This document shows positions 1 to 9,799 of a DNA stretch of 20,000 bases, in pieces; positions within the stretch are counted from its first letter, which is position 1; every line of letters starts with the position of its first letter. Source of the DNA: Trypethelium eluteriae (lineage: Eukaryota); assembly GCA_051942245.1 (NCBI GenBank), contig JAVECL010000001.1, forward strand, positions 172,163 to 192,162, given 5' to 3'. The notes under the pieces were generated by a model. That model made no database searches and was not told the origin of the DNA. It saw nothing but the letters and a program-made list of their open reading frames with translations. The position numbers and the translations under genes were made by a program.

Positions 1-1014
1 GAGGCAATCGACCGAGCAGGCGAATATCGTACCAAGACCATGCCAGACATGTGGAATATGCTTCGGGAACAACTCATCGTTGCTGGCAATTCCTCGAGGG
101 AGGATGTAGTGGAGGGGACCGTAGATGCGATGTTTACGCGTCTCAAAGTCCGTCAGAAGATGTGGCAGCAACTCGTGGATGATGAGGCTGCAAAATACAC
201 TAATGCCAAAGATCCTGTGGCCCCTGACGAATCGTTTCCTGCATTCCAAGACTGGCTCATTGCTCTTGCAAATGACCAAATTGCTTGCATTGATGATGAT
301 GAGGCCAGCGGCACCGAATCATTTATCTCCCGCTTCCGCTTGGAATATAGCGAACTCGTATCACCTGGCTACGCAAGCTCCTCCACTAGCGACCTTGACA
401 CACTGCGTAACGGATACGTTGATCTCTCCACACACTGCCTTTCCGTCTTTGCCAACCTCATCTTCGCTGTCGACTTCCGCAGCACCCTACCCGAATTCTT
501 TACGCCAGCCTGGTACTCCAAGAAAGGCATGGCGCAGCTCATCAACACCTTCGAAGACTATCTCGAGGAATATGCACCCGCAACCCATCCTTCGTTACGC
601 GACATTCTGGTCGAGGAAATCTCGGATACCCTGCTTCGAAACTACCTTCAATGTGTTCGCAACCGATCTGCCAAATTCCGCAGGACTGATCCGTTCACCG
701 ACAAGATTAAAGACGATGTCATCAGCGTTTTCGACTTCTTCTCCCGCTACGATGCCGTCTTTCCGGAGATCAAGCAGAAGTGGCGCGTGGTGGATGGATT
801 CGTACGGATGCTAGAATCGGACAAAGCCGCGATACCTTTGGTATTCGAGGAGTTCAGGCAAGAATACTGGGATGTCCAACTGGGTTGGGTCGAGGCAGTG
901 CTGAGGGCAAGAGATGACTTTGAAAGGGCGATGGTGAGCGCTGTGAAGGCAAGGGCAGCAGAGATGCCGGTTGAGAGGGGGAGAATGGAGACGATCATGG
1001 GGAAAGTTAAGTAG
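1..1014 (+). CDS. SEC6: Exocyst complex component Sec6 (C-terminal part; 5'-partial)
   Basis: Frame is open from base 1 (EAIDRAGEYRTKTMPDMW...) to TAG at 1012-1014. Sec6-like segments: WLIALANDQIAC, IFAVDFRSTLPEFFTPAWY, INTFEDYL, YWDVQLGWVEAVLRARDDFER, C-terminal ETIMGKVK. Recognised by eye. Confidence 0.92.
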   Translation, partial: EAIDRAGEYRTKTMPDMWNMLREQLIVAGNSSREDVVEGTVDAMFTRLKVRQKMWQQLVDDEAAKYTNAKDPVAPDESFPAFQDWLIALANDQIACIDDDEASGTESFISRFRLEYSELVSPGYASSSTSDLDTLRNGYVDLSTHCLSVFANLIFAVDFRSTLPEFFTPAWYSKKGMAQLINTFEDYLEEYAPATHPSLRDILVEEISDTLLRNYLQCVRNRSAKFRRTDPFTDKIKDDVISVFDFFSRYDAVFPEIKQKWRVVDGFVRMLESDKAAIPLVFEEFRQEYWDVQLGWVEAVLRARDDFERAMVSAVKARAAEMPVERGRMETIMGKVK

Positions 1015-1314
1015 ACAGATCAACTGATTTTTGGAATAGTAAGAAATGGTCAGGCAACATTGATTTCAAGTGACTTTTTTTTTTACCCGATAAAGTTATA
1101 GCCAAATAATTCGGCAAAAGGGATTCGGGCCATGCCGATTGGAGAGTTCGCTATGAGGGGCGGAGATGACATGTGAAGTTCACCGAGTCACGGACTTGTT
1201 CTTGTCCGCATCCTTTTGTTGCTAAAACGAAAACTTGCTTGGAACAGTCACAGCAGATATTTGAAGCCGATCAAAGCGCTCAGTGCTTGCTGATGTATAG
1301 ACGTGCTGCCCATT

Positions 1315-3142
1315 ATGGCTGGAGCGTCAAGTCTTGCGGCAAAAGTGCCGGCGAGCATACGTGACCCTACTCGACGCAGAGAGCTCCTCTTAATCAATAT
1401 CAACATGTACGATCTCAACGCTTCAACCCCTTTATTTTTTTCTCGAAAACCGAGATCAATAGCTGACATGTGGCGCCCAGTCTTCGCAACATTATCTTTG
1501 CACTTTTCCTCCTTCGCTGGACTCGTAAATTCCTTCTCCAACTTCGCGGCCATGGTGTCCTTGGTACCCTAATCCTTACCTACAAAGCCACTCGCCGTCA
1601 CCTTTACGGCGTGTTTCTTCGCCTGCCCGGCGTTCGCTCCCGCGTCGCCAATGAGGTCGCCTCCAGTGTGGCCAACATCGAGCGCAAGCTTGTCCCATCG
1701 GGGCCTGGCGTCACGCGGTACACGTCGCTGCCTGCCGAGGGTTGGAGCGCCGAGCAGGTGCGGGCGGAGATGATAAAGCTCGTGGAGATGAAACACACGC
1801 GGTGGGAAGATGGCTTTGTATCTGGAGCGGTCTATCATGGCGGGGACGAGATGACCAAGTTGCAGACGGAGGCTTTTGGGATGTTTACCGTGAGCAATCC
1901 CATCCATCCAGACGTCTTTCCAGGGGTACGGAAGATGGAGGCCGAAGTGGTGAGTATGGTACTGGGTATGTTTAGCGCGCCGGAGGGAAGTGCTGGCGTG
2001 AGTACTAGTGGAGGGACGGAAAGCATATTGATGGCATGTCTAAGTGCGAGGAATAAAGCGCGGAAAGAAAGGAGTGTGACGGAGCCTGAAATGTATGTCT
2101 GCTTGCAAATGTGCCTAGTTTTGAAGGGCATCAACTAATGAACCACAGGATCATACCGGAGACAGCTCATGCTGCCTTCTTCAAGGCTGGCCAATACTTT
2201 TCAATCAAAGTCCACCTGGTTTCCTGTCCTGCCCCCTCCTATCGTGTCTCACTTCCCGCAGTCTCTCGCCTCATCAACAGTAACACCATTCTCCTCGTCG
2301 GCTCCGCCCCCAATTTTCCCCACGGCGTCATTGACGACATCCCAGGCCTCTCTCGTCTCGCACTCCGACACAAGTTGCCACTGCATGTCGACTGCTGCCT
2401 CGGCTCCTTTCTCATCCCCCACCTCGCCCGTGCAGGCTTCGAGTCTGTCGACTGCGACTTTCGAGTGCCGGGTGTTACTAGCATCAGTTGCGATACGCAC
2501 AAGTACGGGTTTGCTCCGAAAGGGAACAGTGTAATCATGTATCGCACCGCGGCCCTACGACGCTATCAGTACTTCGTCTTTCCAGACTGGACGGGTGGTG
2601 TGTACGTCAGTCCTTCAATCGCAGGGTCACGGCCTGGTGCACTGATAGCAGGGGCATGGGCTTCGTTGATGAGCGTTGGAGAGAATGGCTATGTTGAGGC
2701 CTGCCATGCCATTGTCGGGGCCGCCAAGGCAATCGAGTCTGCGATTCGCGAAGACGATGTGCTGTCCGTGGATCTCAAGGTTCTGGGAAAACCGCTCGTG
2801 AGCGTGGTGGCCTTTACATCGGACACACTGGAGGTTTATGATATTGCGGATGCAATGGGAGAGAGGGGATGGCATTTGAACGCCCTACAAAGCCCCGCGG
2901 CGATCCATGTTGCCGTGACAAAGCCAATGGTGCTGAACGTTGAGAAGCTGGTGCAAGATCTGAGGGAGGTGGTTGAGGCGCAGCGGGAGAAGGAAAGGGT
3001 AATGGTGGCGGAGGGTAAGGGAAAGGCCAAAGGGAAGAAAGGAGACGCGGCGGCATTATATGGAGTTGCGGGTAGCTTGCCGAATAAGAGTATTGTGGTA
3101 GAGTTGGCAAATGGGTTTTTAGATACGCTCTATAAGGCATAG
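1315..3142 (+). CDS. DPL1: Sphingosine/sphinganine-1-phosphate lyase (PLP-dependent), ~565 aa, 3 exons: 1315-1406, 1481-2092, 2149-3142
   Basis: Motifs VSGAVYHGG, NPIHPDVFPGVRKMEAEVV, TSGGTESILMAC, LHVDCCLG, PLP-lysine motif SCDTHKYG, GSRPG, GWHLNALQ. Introns 1407-1480 (GTACGA..GCTGAC..CAG) and 2093-2148 (GTATGT..ACTAAT..CAG) join three ORF-track fragments in frame (1698 nt). Confidence 0.95.
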
Positions 3143-3449
3143 GCGAAGTACTGTCGACGGCATAGGTCACGATCATGGGGGCTCAAGGGCGTGGGGGTGC
3201 GCAGATGAGCCCGCCATGAGCGCAAAGGCACTGCATATTGAACTAATTGTAAATATTCTGTACTCAGTTCAAAATGAAGAAATCAATCAGTCAGTCTGAG
3301 GGTAGCAACATAGTGAATGGCGTTGCATTTGACTCGGCAATGCTAGACGCAGCCTTAGCACGGCAATTTCTTCATCTGACAGCTTCACCAATTTTCAAAG
3401 ATAAGAGCCGTCTCTGTGCTCATCCTATAAGTAGTATCATACATTGTAT

Positions 3450-4033
3450 CTATTGATCTAGACGTGTTGGAAAGGTACCATTGTCTATCAATCAATTAGT
3501 TGTGACCTGCTGTTACCCGTTGCAATCAGGAGAATCACATACCACGCTGATCGTCCCATCGCTCCACCCAGGCGCTCGGGCAGAGTGATCGGTATGCAAG
3601 GAGAAACTGGACATTCGTCAATTGAGAAGCTATCGCGACCAAGGCTCTTCTTCGTACCTGGCGGCATGGAGCAAAATCCTCGCCCTTGGCTAGAATGCAC
3701 TTGTGGTAATCGACATAATTTTGCCAGCAGTGCTTAGTTTGGTTTTGGTTGGGAAAACGGGCATCGAAGCCTATCAGTAAGGGATCATCAGTATCAGACT
3801 GATAATCTGGGTCGCATTTCCTCTCTAAGGAATTTCCTCAGGGGTATATAGGCTCTAGCTAAGACTGATGTGGTTTTTCGAGGTCAGGTAGGGAAGAGCT
3901 GTAAAGAACGCACCGGCTAGAGATAGATGTCTGTTAGCATCGGGATTACTAGGGGAAGCTCATCTTGGAAAAGGTCCTCACCAGTGACAAACTTGAAAGG
4001 CTTGGTCTCGAGTTCTTGGTCCTCGTCCGACAT
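3450..4033 (-). CDS. COX12: Cytochrome c oxidase subunit VIb, 88 aa, 5 exons: 4033-3982, 3916-3914, 3770-3658, 3606-3543, 3484-3450
   Basis: Spliced translation [88 protein letters not shown] contains the COX6B signature [14 protein letters not shown] and the Cx9C-Cx10C cysteines. All four introns are GT..AG (3981-3917, 3913-3771, 3657-3607, 3542-3485). Confidence 0.96.
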
Positions 4034-4306
4034 GATGGTAGCTGAGAGATACGGTCGGGTCACGGTAGAACGAAGAGAGTGGCTTGTGAGGAAGTACAGA
4101 CGTGAAGTCAAAGTTGAAGTGGTAGAATCATCGAGCTGCCGCTGCTGGCCACGCTAGTGGCCTAGTGTGTACCTACTTTGTGCAGTTATGCGTTCGACAA
4201 GGGCAGAGCTTCGAGTCGGACCCTCTGATGTTTGATTGAGCGGCTTCTTCAGATCACCTCCATTCCTTGTCACCTCAACGGTCTTTACTCTACTCCTTCA
4301 GTCAGA
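4034..4306. promoter_or_regulatory. Bidirectional promoter/5' UTR region shared by COX12 and the NDUFA4/MLRQ-like gene
   Basis: 273 bp between divergent ATGs (4033 on -, 4307 on +). Pyrimidine-rich tracts precede each ATG on its own strand. Overlapping dyads lie at 4147-4169. Confidence 0.75.
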
Positions 4307-4825
4307 ATGTCGGCTATCCGAGCAACCAAAGCTCCCATGCAGGCACTCAGGATGCGTGCTACGCCAATTATGCGTGTGCAGCCTTCGAGATTCCTTTCGA
4401 TGCGGGCAACCGCTCCCTTGAGACGGGCAGTTCCGGTATGTCCCACCCAGTCCAAAGCCAATCGAGTATCTTGACTAATAGAAGTGCAGAAAGAAGAGCA
4501 CAGTGGTTAGTTATGCTTGAACAATGCTGAGCATACTTGAAAGTAACAACAATAGCCCACACCATCTCCCAACGGCTCCGCACCTTGAAAAAGATCCCTC
4601 CTGAATTGATCCCTCTCGGTAGGTGAACGAGCTCCAAAAACCTGATGATAATTTATTGACAGAGATGCATAGGCGTTGTCCTTGCGTAAGACTGGCCCCA
4701 TTTATCTACTGAGTCATTGTTCACAATAGTACAGCGCTGCAATTCTAGCCGCCATCTACTCAATGCTCCGAAAATTCTGGGTGGATAAAACCCTGCGCCT
4801 AAGTCGCCAAGGTAATCGTGAATAG
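4307..4825 (+). CDS. NDUFA4/MLRQ (B12D)-family small mitochondrial inner-membrane protein, 103 aa, 5 exons: 4307-4435, 4490-4505, 4556-4618, 4673-4685, 4735-4825
   Basis: Spliced translation MSAIRATKAPMQALRMRATPIMRVQPSRFLSMRATAPLRRAVPKEEHSAHTISQRLRTLKKIPPELIPLGVVLAAAILAAIYSMLRKFWVDKTLRLSRQGNRE*. Arg-rich, acid-free N-terminus; family-like PPELIPL, single TM helix, then RK..DKTLRL. Four GT..AG introns of 49-54 nt keep the frame (312 nt). Confidence 0.85.
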
Positions 4826-4967
4826 ATGAGGAAGATATATGGATGGGATCACGGCGGGTGTCAAATTTCAGTCACTGTGAATACATCAACGATATCCAAA
4901 TCTGTCTTCCCCAAACACCTCTGACGCCTGTCGCTATTATGCAGCATTTACAGAATCAAATGGATGA

Positions 4968-5481
4968 TTAAGCCGGCTTCGGTCCTGCAACATCTAAACC
5001 TTCCAGCCCTTGCATCGGGTCTTCGGTCCTCAACTCTGAGCTTGCATGCGCCTGTTCTGTCACCTGGCGGTCCTCTTCGCTGACGGCATGCTTGGCAAGC
5101 CAGCCCTCCTGGGAGATGATCAGTGAATATGGCTCATCTGAGAAATTCGGAATAACTGACCTGCTCCCAAACTGCGGTCTTGCTTCCTAAGCCCTCGTTC
5201 TGTTCCTTTTGTGGCTTGGCTTGTGCAACTTTGATTACCCTGCCGTAGAGTTCGCTCTGATCCATATTATCGATGGCTTCCCGCGCATCTTCTGCCTCTT
5301 GAAATTCGACGTAGCCAAAGCCTCGATGCGGGTCTGTATTTGACGGTAAATCCGGCTTAGGCAACGAGATGTCCACAATCTCTCCAAAGGGCACAAAAGC
5401 GGCATGCAGTGTATTGGTGCTCACGGCATTGTCTAAGCCCCCAACATAGACGGTATTCTTGAGTCGCGAAGCCTCTGACAT
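4968..5481 (-). CDS. Single-RRM protein related to the N-terminal RRM of cyclophilin E (PPIE/Cyp33), no PPIase domain; 153 aa, 2 exons: 5481-5161, 5108-4968
   Basis: RNP2 TVYVGGL and RNP1 HRGFGYVEF; LHAAFVPFGEIVDI and AIDNMDQSELYGRVIKVAQAKP resemble PPIE. Intron 5160-5109 (GTCAGT..ACTGAT..CAG). Exon 2 reads EGWLAKHAVSEEDR...DPMQGLEGLDVAGPKPA*. Confidence 0.88.
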
Positions 5482-5786
5482 GTTGGGTATAGTGGAATTT
5501 TCCAAGGACTTGCGAACTGAAGGTAAGCGATGGGCTACTAGGCGACGCGAAACTGAAACATGAGATTTTGATATCACGTGCGTCGCGGACCAAGAGCAGG
5601 CTAGGGTGCCGCACCACTGGACGCTGATCTCTAAGGCCAAGTGGACGTACGAAGGGAGCCTATTTACATGCACCCGGTGCAATAATTAATTCGGCTGCGC
5701 ATTTTCGCCTCAGACCGCTAAGCTTTGCTGGCTTCAGTCCATATGACGACCATATCCTGAGGAATAAACAATTCGAAACATCCAAA
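5482..5786. promoter_or_regulatory. Bidirectional promoter region of the RRM gene and SEC31; contains E-box CACGTG (5575-5580) and CGCGAAA (5546-5552)
   Basis: 305 bp between divergent ATGs. Motifs are present in the sequence; their function is unproven. Confidence 0.6.
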
Positions 5787-8700
5787 ATGGTCCGTCTACG
5801 AGAGATTCCACGGACTTCAACTTTTGCGTGGTTTCCAGGCTCGGGACTACCACTTATTGCTACTGGCACAAGAGCTGGTGCAGTGGACGCAGATTTTTCA
5901 AGCAAGACAGAGCTCGAGCTATGGGATCTTGGTCTGGACAAAAACAGTCAAATCGGGGACTTGGAGCCAGTAGCTAGCATAGGAACGGACTCGAGGTGAG
6001 CAAGGCCGACTTCTACAGCCAATTCAGACAGGACGATACAGATGCTAACTTTCCGAAGATTTCATGACATAGCGTGGAGTCAACCAAACAGCGACCACGA
6101 GCAAGGTATCATTGCAGGGGCTCTTGAGAATGGTTCACTTGATCTCTGGGATGCTGAGAAGTTGAGAAATAACTCTAGGTGAGATAAAGCAATAGCTGAC
6201 TTGCCTCAACTCTGATCTGACTGTCATTAGTGACGCACTCATCTCGCGAACATCCAAGCATACCGGGGCAATAAAATGCCTACAGTTCAACCCCTTTCGG
6301 CACGAGCTCCTCGCTACTGCTGGAGCAAAAGGCGAAATATACATATCGGATATCAATGACACTGACAAAGGCTTCAGACTGGGCGCAAATGCTGCAAGAG
6401 CCGAGGACATCGATTGCTTGGACTGGAATAAAAAGGTCCCGCACATTATGGCCACCGGCAGTAGTGGGGGTTTTGTCACAGTCTGGGATGTCAAAGGAAA
6501 GAAAGAGAGCGTAACACTGAACAACTATGGAAGAAAATCTGTCAGCTCGATCGCGTGGGATCCCGACTATCCAACAAAATTAGCGACCGCAATACCAAAC
6601 GATCAAGATCCCCTAATTTTGATGTGGGATTTACGGAATTCCAATGCCCCGGAGAAGATATTGAAGGGGCATGACCAGGGCGTCCTTTCTCTGTCTTGGT
6701 GTAAGGAAGACACGGATCTCTTACTGTCTTGTGGCAAAGATAACAGGACAATTTGCTGGAATTCGCGGACTGGCCAGGCCTTCGGTGAATTCCCAGTCGT
6801 TACCAATTGGACATTTGAGACAAGATGGCATCCTCATCATTCGTATCTTCTCGCTACGGCTTCATTCGATGGGAAGATCTCCGTCCAGACGATACAAAAT
6901 ACGAAGCCGGACGCAGCTGCAACGACGAACGAGCAGGCGCTGGACGGTGAAGACTTCTTTGCAAACGCACCAAAACAACCCCAAGGGGCTTCCTTCAGCC
7001 TACCGAAGCCTCCGAAGTGGCTCCAACCCCCAGCAGGCGTCTCCTTTGGCTTTGGTGGCAAGGTGTTAAAATTCGGACCCGTCGAAGAGGGATCAAGAAA
7101 GTCAAAGCTCAGCATCGATACTGTGGCTATCGATTCGGCTATTGGTGATGCAACGGAGAAGTTCGAGAAATCACTGAACACTGAGCGACTAGATGACCTG
7201 TGCGAAGCAAAGATTGCCAGCGCCAAGAATAATGAAGAAAAGGCTGATTGGAGGGTTATTGAGACTCTGATTTCAGGAAATTCCAGGAAGAAGCTTGTCG
7301 AGTATCTAGGGTTCGAGAAGTCTGGCGACGGACTCTCCGAAAGGGCGGATGCGGATAGGAAAGATGGCGACCCTCAGGTAAATGGAACTACTCCAGCAAA
7401 GGATGACGGCGGGTCTGCATTCTTTGACAATGCTGATAATGCTGACGGTGATAACTTTTTGGCCGACTTGGCCGCTTCTAAAGGAGCCAAGACTAACAGC
7501 CCATTCCAAATCTACACAGGCTCGGAATCTGACGCCGACAAGAAAATTACGCAGGCGCTTATTATGGGTTCTTTCGAGGAAGCTCTGGACACTTGTTTAA
7601 AGGAGAATAGGATGTCGGACGCGTTCATGATCGCGATCTGCGGTGGTCAGAATTGCATTGACAAGGCCCAGGCTGCTTATCTCAAGAAGAAATCTCAAGG
7701 ACCGAACTATTTGCGGCTACTTGCCTCCATAGTCGGCAAGAATCTCTGGGATGTAGTTCACAATGCTGACTTGGAGAATTGGAAGGAAGTCATGGCAACT
7801 CTCTGTACCTTCGCCGATGAAGCAGAATTTCCGGACCTCTGCGAGGCTCTCGGCGACCGACTGGAGGAAGGCATAAGTGGAAGCAGAGACCCCAAGAGTC
7901 TCAGGAGAGATGCCTCTTTCTGCTTCTTGGCTGGATCCAAGCTTGAGAAGGTTGTCTCAATCTGGACACAGGAGCTTGAAGAGTCTGAAAAAGCCGATAT
8001 GGAGGAGACTGACGACGACTCAAGCTTTTCCATCCACGCCAAAGCACTTCAAGACTTCATCGAAAAGGTGACGATCTTTCGACTGGTCACGAAATACCAG
8101 GACCCGGAGCAGAGGAAGACGGCAGACTGGAAATTGGCTCCGCTCTATGCCAAATACACCGAGTATTCCGATATTGTAGCCGCCCATGGCCAATTGGCCG
8201 TCGCCGAAAAGTATTTGGACCTCCTTCCTGATCAGTACCCTGCTGCACAAACGGCAAAGGAACGTGTCAAGCAAGCGATAAAAAAGCCAGGAGCTACTCC
8301 GCGCCAGACCATTCAAACTGGACGCAACGCTCCTCGCAGTGCCGCAGTCGCAGCGCCTGGCGTCCAGCCAACCCCGGGCCCTCAGGTGCCTTCAAAGGTT
8401 GGAGGACCCTACACTCCGGCGACCTCTACCTCGTCTCCTGGGAATAACCCCTACGTGCCCCCAAGCACCACTGGATATTCCCAACCCGGCTACTCCCAGC
8501 CCGGTTATTCACAGCCACAGATAAACTCTCAATATGGTATGCCTCAATCAAACCAATACGGTCACGGCGCACCAGCGGCCCCTGCTGGAATCCCGCCACC
8601 ACCTCCAGGAACAACTCCAGCTCAAGGGATACCGCCTCCGCCCAAGGCTGGTACTGCAGCAAATTGGAATGATCTTCCAAGCGATTTTGGGAGCAAGCCT

Positions 8701-9799
8701 CCTACTCGACGATCCACTCCAGGGGTTGCTCCCACACCAATCAACGCCCCTTTTCCTGGTCAGCAGCCTGCAATGATGTCCCCACCCCCTCCGCCTTCTG
8801 GTCCACCGTACGGGCAAACCAAATCACCACCACCCCCTCCAAAAGCCGGTCAGGCTCCTCCAACACCTTCATCTGGTCCTCCGTCCATGATGCAACCACC
8901 TCCACGACCATCGTCTTCTGCTGCCAATGTATATGCCCCACCACAGCTGTCACAGCAACCTCAACAGCCTTCTCAAAGCTTCGCACCCCCCATGCAACCT
9001 CCCATTGCTCGTGGGCCATCACCTTACAATCCACCTCCGTCGAACGCCACTAGCATGCCTCCATCTAATCGCTACGCACCTGCTCCTAGCGCCTCGCCTG
9101 CTCAACCGACGTCAGGCATGGTACCTTCACCCCTATCAAGACCGCCTCCTGCCAACCCTTACGCTCCATCTCAAAGTCCTTATGCTCCTCAACAGCAACA
9201 AATCCCTTACGGCCAACCTCCATCTCAACAACCTCCACAAGCGCAGCCACCACCCCAAGCACCCCCTCAAGGTCCACCGAGAGCAGGTCCAGGTCCTCCT
9301 CCCGCTGGGCCTCCACGGAACACGGCATCCCCCGCTCAACCTCCGCAGCCAGTTCAGCAAACACGGTCATCGCCTGCTCCACCTAAACACCGTAAGTTTT
9401 GAATACCTTGTCGATGAGGGAAAGATGGATTGTTAATCAGTCATAGCACCTGGTGACCGCTCTCACATTCCTGCCGCCGCCCAGCCCATCTACCAAATTC
9501 TCAATGGCGATATGCAGCGCGTGAAAGCGAAAGCGCCCTCCTCATATCGCAAAGAGGTGCTCGACACAGAGAAGCGGCTCGGCCTCCTGTTCGATCACCT
9601 AAACAATGAAGATTTGCTGAAGGAGGACACCGTGCAGCAGCTGGTGCAGCTGAGTCGCAGCGTCGAGGGGAGGGATTTTGAAAGTGCGCAGGGCCAGCTG
9701 ATGGGGTTGATGAAAACCAAGTTGGAGAGCGAAGGTGGGAATTGGATGGTTGGCGTAAAGAGGCTGATCGCCATGAGTAAGGCCACCCCAGTGGGGTAG
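5787..9799 (+). CDS. SEC31: COPII outer-coat protein Sec31, ~1280 aa, 4 exons: 5787-5995, 6059-6178, 6231-9391, 9447-9799
   Basis: N-terminus [17 protein letters not shown]40 repeats ([40 protein letters not shown]), [15 protein letters not shown], helical region, long Pro-rich region, C-terminal helical domain ([13 protein letters not shown]...WMVGVKRLI). Introns 5996-6058, 6179-6230 and 9392-9446 are GT..AG; total 3843 nt in frame. Confidence 0.96.
8473..8517 (+). repeat. Three-copy 15-nt coding tandem repeat (GYSQP)x3 in the Sec31 Pro-rich region
   Basis: GGATATTCCCAACCC GGCTACTCCCAGCCC GGTTATTCACAGCCA; the copies differ only at synonymous positions. Confidence 0.85.

Noticed and set aside
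125..814. 229-aa alternative-frame ORF inside SEC6, plus many antisense or shifted ORFs inside DPL1, SEC31 and the SNF2 gene
   Set aside because: No recognisable motifs; typical shadow ORFs of coding DNA at about 50-55% GC.
3771..3913. C/D-box snoRNA in COX12 intron 2
   Set aside because: The only TGATGA lies at the 3' end over the branch region, with CTGA motifs mostly upstream, which is the wrong order for a C/D snoRNA.
3771..3981. Stwintron (nested intron) reading of COX12 introns 1-2
   Set aside because: Removing intron 1 does not reconstitute a split donor; both introns have complete splice sites with 3 exonic nt between them, so it is a microexon.
5482..5682. 67-codon N-terminal extension of the RRM ORF in the ORF track
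   Set aside because: It runs through the shared promoter with SEC31 and looks non-protein-like; ATG 5481 directly precedes the RRM as in PPIE-type proteins.
1..9799. SEC6, SEC31 and DPL1 near each other as a secretory/membrane gene cluster
   Set aside because: Different pathways (exocyst, COPII, sphingolipid catabolism) separated by unrelated genes; expected by chance in a compact genome.
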